59,185 bases of DNA from Candidatus Heimdallarchaeota archaeon. GTDB taxonomy: Archaea > Asgardarchaeota > Heimdallarchaeia > Hodarchaeales > Hodarchaeaceae. Of the stretch, positions 30,502-40,451 are shown piece by piece. Position numbers and translations under genes: made by a program. Below the pieces are notes generated by a model. That model had not been told where the DNA came from and did not search any database. It was given only the letters and a program-made list of their open reading frames with translations. The DNA is taken from the NCBI GenBank assembly GCA_020353515.1, contig CP070695.1, positions 1,738,150 to 1,797,334 on the forward strand, given 5' to 3'. The first letter of the stretch is position 1. Each line of letters opens with the position of its first letter.

Positions 30502-31995
30502 TTAAATTGCTTTTCCTGAATTTTGGGTTTCTTTAATCACTTGTTCAACAAGTTCTTCATATTCTTTCAGGTGAAAAGTGCGATAAACGGTAAGAATCCT
30601 TTCACGGAAACTAGGATGATCACTACCTTTTTCAGCTGTTTGGAATAGTTCGTGTTCAAATACCATTTTATCTGGTTGAGCAATTAATGTGGCGATGAAA
30701 CTTGAAATCTCCTCTTGTTCTAGGGTTTGACTGGCATCATAATCAAAACGTCGCCAATCAATGGTTTTCTCTTTAAGAACGCTAGGTGCAAAATCAGCCT
30801 CTGCAGTTTCTTCATCTTTTACTTTAGCAAAATATTTTGCTCTTCTTTCTAATAGAGAAGGTACAGCAGCCTCAATAAGTTGCGATCTCGCATTTATATC
30901 TAAATTTATATCATAATTCGTGACTAATTCTTCAAACTTCTCCTCTAAGAATAAACTTGGAGCAATTTCTCGAGCGACATCCTCATTGAGCTGTGTTTTA
31001 GGAAATCGTTGATATACTTTTCTCAGAAAGGTACTCGATGGTTTTTTTTCTTCAGAAAGGCTTGAAAGCCATTCTATTTCTCTCGAAAGAACTTGCATAG
31101 TTTCACTCCGTTGACCTAGGTGGATCAATGAATTGATTAAAACATCCGAACCAACCAATTCAGCCGCAAAATAATCAGATAAATATTCTGCTTGATGATT
31201 AGCGGAGGAAAGAAAATGAACAGTAATTTTCGTGACAATCGCTAATATTAGGTAAACTAATCCTAAGAATATTATCCGTTCAACAGCAATGCCTAAATTT
31301 AACGTATCAAAAAGGGCATCTAGTATACCAGTTACAATCTGAAGATAGATGAAGAGATAGACAAGGTTAAGGAATAATCTTGGAATTGAAAGAATCAGAC
31401 GGATAAGGCTATCACTGTTTTTCACATGAGCAAGTTCATGGGCAATAACTGCTTCTATTTCCCTATCGCTTAAAATCTCTAAAACATTAGTATTGAGAAC
31501 CAGATATGGTTTTCGAAAAAAGGGAATCGGTATAAGATCAAGAGAAAATGCATTAGGTACTGCTTTTCGATAAACATAAATCCTTGACACTTTAATTCTT
31601 GCTTCTTTCGACACCCGTGTTACTAAGTTAATAGTTTTTTCAACTAATGGAGCTTCTTCAGGAGCATATGCAGGTCCATAAAGTGGTTCTGGGTAGATCT
31701 GAATCATATTCTTATTCGAAAAGACTACATTTACTAGGACAGCTAAAAGAAGTAATTGTAAACCAGCAGTTAGTGCAACTAATATAGCTGTAAATCGAGG
31801 GTCAGACATTGGATTAATGGAAATATAGAACCCTAGAACATACCTTTGGGTTATCCACTGGATATCCAAGTATTCTGTTTTCTTTTCTTGACTAATACTA
31901 ATCCAAGAAACAATTATGATTTGAACCAAAGCAAGTGCGAAGAATATTGCTGCATTAGCAATGCGAGATACTCTGGTTCTTAGTATTGAAACCAT
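30502..31995 (-). CDS. M48 (HtpX-like) membrane zinc metalloprotease
   Basis: N-terminal TMs, PNAF, AVIAHELAH (HExxH), EYLSD, DHPS..ERI. Large insert containing an EF-hand-like loop. Confidence 0.88.
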   Translation of the reverse strand: MVSILRTRVSRIANAAIFFALALVQIIIVSWISISQEKKTEYLDIQWITQRYVLGFYISINPMSDPRFTAILVALTAGLQLLLLAVLVNVVFSNKNMIQIYPEPLYGPAYAPEEAPLVEKTINLVTRVSKEARIKVSRIYVYRKAVPNAFSLDLIPIPFFRKPYLVLNTNVLEILSDREIEAVIAHELAHVKNSDSLIRLILSIPRLFLNLVYLFIYLQIVTGILDALFDTLNLGIAVERIIFLGLVYLILAIVTKITVHFLSSANHQAEYLSDYFAAELVGSDVLINSLIHLGQRSETMQVLSREIEWLSSLSEEKKPSSTFLRKVYQRFPKTQLNEDVAREIAPSLFLEEKFEELVTNYDINLDINARSQLIEAAVPSLLERRAKYFAKVKDEETAEADFAPSVLKEKTIDWRRFDYDASQTLEQEEISSFIATLIAQPDKMVFEHELFQTAEKGSDHPSFRERILTVYRTFHLKEYEELVEQVIKETQNSGKAI

Positions 31996-32100
31996 TTGGA
32001 CACTTCCGAATAGTAAATCATAATTAATTCCTTTAATATTCTTTTGAACTGATTGTTCTTTATTACTTATTGATGATTGAGTGATTTGCTAGAGTTTTTT

Positions 32101-34869
32101 TTACCAATAACCTGCCAATTTTCCTAAACGAGGAATTCGATGGGCAAGAAATGTACGAACTTCATCCACTATCACAAGAATGCTCCCAGAGGCAATTATA
32201 ATAACCCAATCGATTGCATTAAGCGCAGTAGTATTGAAAAATGGTTGGAAGAAAGAACTATAAACTATTAAGATGTGAAGCAGAATTGAACTAGCGATCG
32301 CAAGCAAGAGATATGGATTTCTAAAGAACTCTTTTCCTAGTAATGAGTGTTCTTCTTTACGGATGTTGAGAGCCATTATCATTTGAAACATTATCAACAT
32401 TGTGAAAGCAACAGTTCGAGCATGAATCTGTACCTCTTCAGATGGGAGTTGACCTGTAAGAACATTAGAATACATATACAAGAAAAATAGTAACAATGTT
32501 CCAATGGCAATAATAATCCCTGAATAGATTATGAAAAAGATTGATTTATGGGTTAAAATTGGTTCTTTAGGATCACGAGGATGTCTAATCATGACGTCAG
32601 GATCAGGAGGATCAACTCCCATGGCTAACGCAGGAAGACCATCTGTTACTAGATTCACCCAAAGAATTTGAATGGCTAACAAGGGTAATATAGGTGTTTG
32701 AAAGATCAAGGAAGTGAGAAGAATACCAAAAAACATTACAGCAATTTCTCCAGCGTTACAGGAGAGTAGGTAGAGGATAAATTTTCTCATATTGTCATAT
32801 ATCGTCCTTCCTTCAAGGATAGCGCCAACTATAGTGGAGAAATCATCATCTGCCAAAATCATATCAGACGCTTCTTTTGAGACATCTGTTCCTGCAATTC
32901 CCATGGCTACACCAATGTCAGCTCGCTTTAAAGCGGGGGCATCATTTACTCCGTCTCCCGTCATAGCAACAATTTGATTATTTGATTTTAATGCAGAAAC
33001 AATTTTTAATTTGTGTTCTGGAGATACCCGAGCATAGACATTAACGTCTCCAACTATGGATTCAAATTCCTCATCACTCATATTAGCTAATTGATTACCT
33101 TCAAGATAATGGGAAGAATCTTCAGAAGAGACTAAACCAATCTCTGTGGCAACTGCGACTGCTGTTTTTAGGTGATCACCTGTAATCATTACGGGCCGAA
33201 TACCAGCTTTCTTGCAAATCTCAATAGATTTCTTTGTACCTTGTCTTGGAGGATCCATGATAGCCATAGCCCCGACATAAACCAAATTTGACTCTATTTC
33301 TTCTGAATCCTCAGATAATATCACACGTTCAATTTTATCTTTTACTGGGTCTACAGATTTATACGCCATACCAAGCATTCGATAACCAGTCTTAGCAAGG
33401 TTCTGTTCGGCTTCCTCTAATCTATATCGTGTATCCTGATCAAGTGGTTTAATCTCGCCATTAGAGTAATAATACTTACATAGGTTGATCAGTACATCTG
33501 GAGCTCCTTTTGTGTAAACAAAATGCTCCCCCTGGAGATTTTTAACTAGCACACTCATACGTTTTGAATCAGAATCAAAAGGAACTTCGAAAAGACGTTT
33601 ATATTTTGAACGATCTAAAACATCCATCCTTTTTGCTACTCTTAATAATGCTATTTCAGTGGGATCACCTATATCTACATCTGTTGAGCCTCCCTCTTTA
33701 GATTCTGCTAGTTGGGCATTGTTACATTCCAGACCAATGGTAAGGATCAAGCAAATTACGTTATTCAAGGGTATCTTCTTAGTTATACGATATTCTTCGT
33801 CAACAGTTAGAATCTTTCTGACTGTCATTTTATTCCTTGTGAGTGTTCCTGTTTTATCAGAACAGATGACTGTAGTTGAACCAAGTGTTTCTACAGAAGG
33901 AAGACGTCTAATAATGGCATTTTTCCTGCTCATACGTTGAACTCCAAGAGCTAACGCAAGGGTGACCACTGCAGGTAAACCCTCGGGAACAGCAGCTACA
34001 GCTAAACCAACAGCAACAATGAACATTTCGATTGCTTCTTGATTTAACAGAATTCCAATAAAGAAAATGACCGCACAGATAGTTAAACTACCAATACCAA
34101 TCCATTTTCCTAGGGTAGCCAATCGTCTCTGGAGAGGGGTTTCCTCTGTCTTTTCCTCTAATAATCCTTTAGCTATTTTTCCAAATTCAGTCTGCATACC
34201 AGTTTTGATAATTAGAGCTTGACCCCGTCCTCGTGTGACACTAGTACCACTGAATACAGAATTTTCCATATCGGCAATAGGTGCATATTGCAGCACTTGA
34301 CTCATTGCCTCCTTTGCAGCTGGAAAAGACTCTCCAGTAAGCGCTGATTCATCAACACGAAGAGAATGTGATTCAAGAAGACGACCATCCGCGGGAATTT
34401 TATCTCCCTCTTCGATCAGAATAATATCTCCTGGCACTAAAAACTGAGCTTCGATTCGCTGTTTCTTACCTTCTCGAATGACAGTCGAAAAGGGAGCAGC
34501 CATGGACTTTAATGCTTCGATGGACTTTTCCGCTTTATACTCCTGAACAAAACCGAAAAAAGCGTTAAACATGACGATGGCAGAAATCGCGATAGCATCA
34601 ATAAAATATTCCATTCGTTGATGCTCATCAGGGGAAAATATACCGATTGTAACTGATATAATTAAAGCTACAAGTAATATGATAACTAAAGGGTCTTTAA
34701 ATTGTTCGAAAAAAAGGAAAATTGGATGTCTTTTCTTTGCTCGCTCTAATTCATTGGAACCATATTGCTTAAGTCTCTCCTCTGCTTCATCATTTGATAA
34801 TCCGTTATCATCCACCCCATATTGATCTAATAAATCTTCAATGTTCTCTGAATGCCAGTAATTGCCCAT
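32101..34869 (-). CDS. Type IIA (SERCA/PMR1-like) cation-transporting P-type ATPase, likely Ca2+
   Basis: TGES, VAAVPEGLP, DKTGTLT, KGAPD, MITGDH, GDGVNDAP, NAGE, WVNLVTDGLPA. Confidence 0.95.
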   Translation of the reverse strand: MGNYWHSENIEDLLDQYGVDDNGLSNDEAEERLKQYGSNELERAKKRHPIFLFFEQFKDPLVIILLVALIISVTIGIFSPDEHQRMEYFIDAIAISAIVMFNAFFGFVQEYKAEKSIEALKSMAAPFSTVIREGKKQRIEAQFLVPGDIILIEEGDKIPADGRLLESHSLRVDESALTGESFPAAKEAMSQVLQYAPIADMENSVFSGTSVTRGRGQALIIKTGMQTEFGKIAKGLLEEKTEETPLQRRLATLGKWIGIGSLTICAVIFFIGILLNQEAIEMFIVAVGLAVAAVPEGLPAVVTLALALGVQRMSRKNAIIRRLPSVETLGSTTVICSDKTGTLTRNKMTVRKILTVDEEYRITKKIPLNNVICLILTIGLECNNAQLAESKEGGSTDVDIGDPTEIALLRVAKRMDVLDRSKYKRLFEVPFDSDSKRMSVLVKNLQGEHFVYTKGAPDVLINLCKYYYSNGEIKPLDQDTRYRLEEAEQNLAKTGYRMLGMAYKSVDPVKDKIERVILSEDSEEIESNLVYVGAMAIMDPPRQGTKKSIEICKKAGIRPVMITGDHLKTAVAVATEIGLVSSEDSSHYLEGNQLANMSDEEFESIVGDVNVYARVSPEHKLKIVSALKSNNQIVAMTGDGVNDAPALKRADIGVAMGIAGTDVSKEASDMILADDDFSTIVGAILEGRTIYDNMRKFILYLLSCNAGEIAVMFFGILLTSLIFQTPILPLLAIQILWVNLVTDGLPALAMGVDPPDPDVMIRHPRDPKEPILTHKSIFFIIYSGIIIAIGTLLLFFLYMYSNVLTGQLPSEEVQIHARTVAFTMLIMFQMIMALNIRKEEHSLLGKEFFRNPYLLLAIASSILLHILIVYSSFFQPFFNTTALNAIDWVIIIASGSILVIVDEVRTFLAHRIPRLGKLAGYW

Positions 34870-35431
34870 AAAAAATCACTTTAAGTCTTATCGATGACTG
34901 AACTGTTTTTCTTTTGAAGTTAATTATTTTCAAGACTATGTTGTCATTGCTATTAGTGGTTAGATGTTTGATCGAATGGAATTATTAAGCTGTTTGGGTC
35001 TCTATTCGAGGGTATTTTTAGCGTTTTTTCGTGATTGTCCTTTTAGCTGCTATTATTAGCCTCAGAATTCGAATAATCATCTATTTAGAGCCAAATTGCC
35101 TTAATTGAACAAATAACGCAAAAGTTTAATATTTTTTCTGTTACAGAAACAGACAACTTTTACTAGAATGAAGTTTTTTCCTTTTCGTGAAACAGATTGC
35201 ATACTCGTACTTCCAGTTAAGAGTGCTATCTAGTAATTTCTGGTTTGTATAAAGCGATGATTCTAGGATTTAGACTCCTAATAAAAGAGTAGAACATTTC
35301 AGAGATTTACGAACCTTTTTCAATTTAAATAAGTAACTAATTTTGATAGATAGTTTATATTTTAACAAATAATTGAAACCTAGAAGATAAAAATAAATCA
35401 ACAAGTAAATACAAGCAAGAGTAGAACTAAG

Positions 35432-35956
35432 ATGGCTGACAATGGAAATTGGAAGGAATATTTACTCAACATATCAATTCTCAGCCATCCCGACGAATTA
35501 GCAAACCCATTAATTCAAAGATTAATGCAAACTTATCCAAAGCAGGTTACTCTACATAATACTTCATCGAAATCAGAAAATGTCTTTATCCTCCAATTAG
35601 AACTTAAAAGCTGGCGATTAACTATCTACTTAGTGCAACCTATAGGGCAACTTATGGATAAAATGGTTTCTGATTATTACACCGCTATCGCAGGATCAAT
35701 TATTCTTTTTTCAAATAATCCAGAGTCATTTGAGGCTGCAAGAGCTTTCTATGATCAACTCAAAAAGATCAATGATAAAATTCCTGTTCTTGTTACTTTT
35801 ATTGAAGTGATTGATGGTGATGTACCCATTATTGACGAACCCGAGGTTCTAGACGATTCACCAAATGTGACATATTACGGAATAAGAGAAAATGACGAAG
35901 AAGCCTTTAGTAAGATCATAAAAACCTTTGTCAATAACTATTTCGGAATTCAATAA
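35432..35956 (+). CDS. Degenerate Ras/Rab-like small GTPase fold (pseudo-GTPase)
   Basis: Aligns by eye to the Rab scaffold (EYLLNISIL; GQ...SDYY....GSIILF...PESFE; IPVLV; EAFSKII) but lacks GxxxxGKS, DxxG and NKxD. Confidence 0.6.
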   Translation: MADNGNWKEYLLNISILSHPDELANPLIQRLMQTYPKQVTLHNTSSKSENVFILQLELKSWRLTIYLVQPIGQLMDKMVSDYYTAIAGSIILFSNNPESFEAARAFYDQLKKINDKIPVLVTFIEVIDGDVPIIDEPEVLDDSPNVTYYGIRENDEEAFSKIIKTFVNNYFGIQ

Positions 35957-36034
35957 GGAAATAAGATCCTCACAAGATTTCGAGAAAATAGAATCCTATC
36001 CCAGGGATGGGATCCCTTGGTTATGACTCTTTTG

Positions 36035-36952
36035 TTATTTAGAACTGAAAGTAATATCTCCAGTAGAGATACTAAGGTCGAATTCATAATTTCGAATAGC
36101 TGCGTTGTAATTGGCTGAGGTATACGATTTTTCTCCTCCAGGTATAGTGACATCTCCAGTTGAAACTGAAGTAGTGATTTTAAGACCATGATCCTGATGA
36201 AGATCAGCAGTAATGCTTATACTTCCAGTAGATCCAGTAACATCAAATGTGTATGTCATCGAAATCGATAAAGGAGTAATAGGTACGATACTATCAGTAA
36301 TATCCATTTCAATGGTACCTGTTGAAGCAGTGATGTCCCATGTTGTTGATGTCGAATAGTTCAGGTTTGATAGAGTGATATCATTATTTCCAGTTGAGGA
36401 GCTTATTGTAGGTGATGAATCTGAGAACTGAACGTTACCTAGTGATATTTCAATATTCCCTGTTGAGGTTTGTATATCTAAGGAAGTAATGGCTATTGTT
36501 GCATCAGTAATGGTTGTTGATATCTCACTAACCGATCCCTGAAAATCAATTTGAAGGGTGATATTATTGCACACCTTAATTGTGAGGTCATAACCATAAT
36601 CTACTTCTATCCCTTCATCTTTTGAATCAAACTGGATATTCATGATTTCTGTATTTTGTTCAGCATAAGACACTTCTTCAGCATCATCTAAAGTAGTACC
36701 TGATCCTTCTCGTATTGAAACCTCATTTTCTATATATGCTAAATAATTCGCAGTGGGATTAACTTCCAGGGTGATGGTACCAACTCCAACTTTGAAATCC
36801 AAAATAACTTTGGTATGAGTACCTTGTGGAACAGTAACTGGATCTTTATCTCCAGCATATTCAAATTTTTCGAGTGGAATAGTACAACCACTTAGAGCGG
36901 CTATACACACTAGTAGAATTATCGAGAAAGTGGTTTTTTTATGCATATACAA
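36035..36952 (-). CDS. Lipoprotein with DUF4097-like beta-strand repeats
   Basis: Signal peptide with lipobox ALSGC, repeated (S/T)STG(N/T/S/D)I motifs, T/S/I-rich. Confidence 0.75.
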   Translation of the reverse strand: MYMHKKTTFSIILLVCIAALSGCTIPLEKFEYAGDKDPVTVPQGTHTKVILDFKVGVGTITLEVNPTANYLAYIENEVSIREGSGTTLDDAEEVSYAEQNTEIMNIQFDSKDEGIEVDYGYDLTIKVCNNITLQIDFQGSVSEISTTITDATIAITSLDIQTSTGNIEISLGNVQFSDSSPTISSSTGNNDITLSNLNYSTSTTWDITASTGTIEMDITDSIVPITPLSISMTYTFDVTGSTGSISITADLHQDHGLKITTSVSTGDVTIPGGEKSYTSANYNAAIRNYEFDLSISTGDITFSSK

Positions 36953-37019
36953 TCACCTTTGATCATATCTCTATTACAGAAATATTGTAAAATTATAGTC
37001 TAGATTTTATAAAATTATT

Positions 37020-38195
37020 CTAGGCAAAGACTTGAATTACGTCCCCATCTTGTAATTCACGATCAAGCCCAACCTTTTCACCATCAAACTTGGCAGAGCG
37101 TCCCCATATCCGTGTAAACCGGAAATATTGCAACATTTTTTTACTTAATACTTCAATAGCATTTTCTACAGTGCTTCCCTTCCTTAGAATAATCGGCCGC
37201 TCAGCAATATCTCCCTTAGCATTCCGTGTAAAAACTCGAATTTTCCCTAATTGATTAAAAATTATTTCATCTAATTCTTCAAATCCTTCTTTTTGAAGAA
37301 CAGAAGTTGGAATAACCTGAAATTTTAGATTTGATTCCTCTACAAAGCTAAGAAGTTTTTCATAATTCTGTCTAGAACCCTCAATGTCCCCTTTTGTGGC
37401 GATAATTATCGCAGGGAGATAACTGATGGATTTATCAAGAGCATCTAAAAATTGATCTAGGGAAACTGGCGCATGAAATCGTACGATGGCATTCAAATAA
37501 CCATTCCCCCGTAAAATTTCAATAACAGCATCTTTCCCTTCACCTTCAAAGAAGTAGTCATTAAAAACTTGAATGTTCCCCGATCCTACTTTTTCAATCG
37601 ATACAGGAGGTTTTGTTACATTTAAACGAATTTTTCCTTTTTTAAGCTCTTCTAGTATTAGCTGTAACTGCCCTACTGGATCTTCCGAGAGATCTATTGC
37701 GATCAACACACAATCTGCATTTCGAATACCTGCTAATACTAATTTTCCTGACATTTCTCCCTTCACACTACCTTCTACAACAGCAGGAAGTTCAACGAGT
37801 TGTAACCTCGCTCCTTTTGCAGTTGTTGACCCTACTTCAGGTTTAACAGTCGTGAAGGGATAGGATCCGACTTTCGCAGCGTCCGATCGAGCCAGTTCAT
37901 TGAGAACAGAGGATTTTCCAGAATTTACATTCCCAATGATTGCAATTTGGGCGTCTTCTCCTTTAGGAACGAGCCACTTCTCTCCTGATCCTTTTTTAGA
38001 TTGCGTTAATTTCGCTTTTTGAGCTTTAAGCTTTTTAAGCTTGGTTTTTGCCATAGCTAGGTGTTTCTCAACCCCCTTATGTTTCACACAAACTCCCAGA
38101 AATCTTTCTAGATGAAAAATCTGATCATCGATGGAGGAGGCCTCTAAATATTTATCCCATTCAACTTGAGCCTCTCGATTCAGATTTATGGGCAT
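37020..38195 (-). CDS. DRG/OBG-family GTPase with TGS domain
   Basis: GNVNSGKSS, YPFTT, variant G3 ELPA, TKGD, RIWGRSAKFDGEKVG..LQDGD. Start re-called at MPINL (38195). Confidence 0.88.
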   Translation of the reverse strand: MPINLNREAQVEWDKYLEASSIDDQIFHLERFLGVCVKHKGVEKHLAMAKTKLKKLKAQKAKLTQSKKGSGEKWLVPKGEDAQIAIIGNVNSGKSSVLNELARSDAAKVGSYPFTTVKPEVGSTTAKGARLQLVELPAVVEGSVKGEMSGKLVLAGIRNADCVLIAIDLSEDPVGQLQLILEELKKGKIRLNVTKPPVSIEKVGSGNIQVFNDYFFEGEGKDAVIEILRGNGYLNAIVRFHAPVSLDQFLDALDKSISYLPAIIIATKGDIEGSRQNYEKLLSFVEESNLKFQVIPTSVLQKEGFEELDEIIFNQLGKIRVFTRNAKGDIAERPIILRKGSTVENAIEVLSKKMLQYFRFTRIWGRSAKFDGEKVGLDRELQDGDVIQVFA

Positions 38196-38339
38196 AATTG
38201 ATCCCTTGGGAAGTTTATCAAGCGTTTTCTGCATATATTACAGGCTTTTATTATATTTTGGAACTTCATTCATATATGATTTTTGACTCAACCTCTAAAA
38301 AAAAATTTTTATCCATCTTAACAGAATGGTTATTTACTC

Positions 38340-39248
38340 TTATTCAAGTTCAAAGAACATATTCTTGACTCGAGTGATAAACTGATTATCTAATTCCCCC
38401 ATGTCTGAATAAGCTGACAGAAGTTCAGACAACCGCTTTTCTATAGTTGACCTGATAGGAAGTATTGACCTGAAGAGCACAGGGAATATAATTACTATCA
38501 ATCCGTAATTTTCAGCTTGCCTTTCTTTAATGCGATCATCATTATGACTTCTTTCCATCATACGGAATCCAAATACCAACCCATGATATTTTTCATAATT
38601 TGGTACAGGAAGCTCAAATAATCCTCTAGAATATTCATGTCCTGCGCCAGTTGCAGTCATATAATGTGCTCCTAGTTTTATAAGAAAGTTGTCTTTTTCT
38701 TGTGATGAGACTAACTCTTCAAATGGTAGCGGTGAACTAAGAAAAGGCTCTGGACCTAAATTCCCAAATTTATAAACTGAGACTGATAATTGACTAGGAT
38801 CAGCTTTTAATCTCTTAGAAAGGATCATCTCTTGTTGAACACGATGTTCTAACAAAATTTGAGTAACAATTGGTTGGATTGAATCAGTCGTTAAAAAATC
38901 ATCTTTTGTCAAATAATCTTTTATCCCGAGCTTCATTGCTTGTACAGCGATCTTTTCAGATCCTAAACCTGTAATCATTATGACTGGAATTTCAGGGTTC
39001 AGGATTTTAATTTCTCGAATAACATCTATTCCTGATTTTCCTGGTAGAGAATAATCAACTAAAACCAAATCATAAGAGGGGTCTGATTTTATTTTTTCTA
39101 CCCCCAGCTCTCCTGTTTCACAAACTATAATGTTTTTCAATCCAATTTTACCCAATCGCTTGAGAAAGAGGAATTGATGATCACGTGAGTCCTCTATTAG
39201 CAGTACCTTGGCATCACCTATTGGATCTACTTCTTCTGAGGACATCAT
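38340..39248 (-). CDS. Response regulator receiver fused to a longin/uDENN-like domain
   Basis: REC motifs LLIEDS, LVDYSLPG, MITG, YLTK. C-terminal FGNLGPEP...LPVP...GLVFGF...DDR...YGLIVIIFP pattern; the domain call is inference. Confidence 0.75.
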   Translation of the reverse strand: MMSSEEVDPIGDAKVLLIEDSRDHQFLFLKRLGKIGLKNIIVCETGELGVEKIKSDPSYDLVLVDYSLPGKSGIDVIREIKILNPEIPVIMITGLGSEKIAVQAMKLGIKDYLTKDDFLTTDSIQPIVTQILLEHRVQQEMILSKRLKADPSQLSVSVYKFGNLGPEPFLSSPLPFEELVSSQEKDNFLIKLGAHYMTATGAGHEYSRGLFELPVPNYEKYHGLVFGFRMMERSHNDDRIKERQAENYGLIVIIFPVLFRSILPIRSTIEKRLSELLSAYSDMGELDNQFITRVKNMFFELE

Positions 39249-39413
39249 TGGAACCTATAACTCTGATAATCTTGAATGGTAAAAATTCTGGATATTAAAA
39301 TTATATCATCAACTGATTTTCATCAGTCATTCATATCTTTTAACTTATGGCTTATTGTTGTTTCCTATCTTAGTGTTTAATGGCATATTGACTTAATTAA
39401 AATGTCAATATAG

Positions 39414-40427
39414 TTAGGGGGAGGGGGGAAATAAATTCTGTTGAAGTAACCATTCATAGGATTCATCAATTGTTGCTTCCATAGTTTTTTGTGGCTGAAA
39501 TCCTAAGTCTTCTTTGATTTTTTGATCTATGTATCTACGTGATAAAGCAAATTTGGTCACCCGATAACGATTTAGAGTAGTATGTCTTCCTGTTAATTTT
39601 GCATATATTTCAGAGAGAACTGCAATAGCATAAACAAGGCGGTAGTTTCTATGCTTTGGTAGTTTTGGAGGATCTAGTTTTTTGACAACATAATCTAGAA
39701 AATCCTTTAATTTACATTCAAATGATTTTAAATTGTAAACTTTCCCTTTCGCTTGTCCTCTTTTCTCATCTATTAACAGTAAAGCGGAGCAAAGATCATG
39801 AGGGTGAATAAAAGTCAAGTATCCTTTTCCATTTCGCATAATTGGGAATTTTCGTTCATAGACAGCCTTAAAGATCCCAAACATTGTTTTCATATCTCTT
39901 GGACCAATGACACTAGGGGGCCGTAAAATACTGAAATTATTCCAGCCATTTTCTTTATAAACATCCCAGACGGCTTTTTCTTGGAAATATTTACTTTTTT
40001 GATATATACTAGTAGGATTAAATTTATAGGTCTCGTCAATCGGAACACTTGGAATAAAATGCCCGTATACTCCAGTCGAACTTGTATGTATCAAGAATGG
40101 ATCGGTATTTGTGGCCAGACATGCTTCTAGCAAGTTGTTCATACCCTCTACATTCACTTTATATAATTCATTCCATCCAGCCCAGTCTGTTGCTAAAGCA
40201 GCAAGGTTAAAAACCACATCGACATCTTTTAGTGCTTTTTTCAAGCTATTACGATCAGTAAGATCTGCTTTGATGGCATCTAATCCACTCCTAGATATTT
40301 CTGCAATGCTTTCAGATGATCGGGTAATTACCCGACATGTATCATTTTCATAATAAGAATTCTCTATCAGCATCTCTATCAAAAAGCTCCCTACTAGTCC
40401 AGTACCTCCAGTAATCAGACAGACCAC
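39414..40427 (-). CDS. NAD-dependent epimerase/dehydratase (extended SDR)
   Basis: TGGTGLVG, FNLAA, HTSS, YQKSK, LRPP. Confidence 0.9.
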   Translation of the reverse strand: MVCLITGGTGLVGSFLIEMLIENSYYENDTCRVITRSSESIAEISRSGLDAIKADLTDRNSLKKALKDVDVVFNLAALATDWAGWNELYKVNVEGMNNLLEACLATNTDPFLIHTSSTGVYGHFIPSVPIDETYKFNPTSIYQKSKYFQEKAVWDVYKENGWNNFSILRPPSVIGPRDMKTMFGIFKAVYERKFPIMRNGKGYLTFIHPHDLCSALLLIDEKRGQAKGKVYNLKSFECKLKDFLDYVVKKLDPPKLPKHRNYRLVYAIAVLSEIYAKLTGRHTTLNRYRVTKFALSRRYIDQKIKEDLGFQPQKTMEATIDESYEWLLQQNLFPPSP

Positions 40428-40451
40428 TATGTATCACCATGAAATTAAGAT

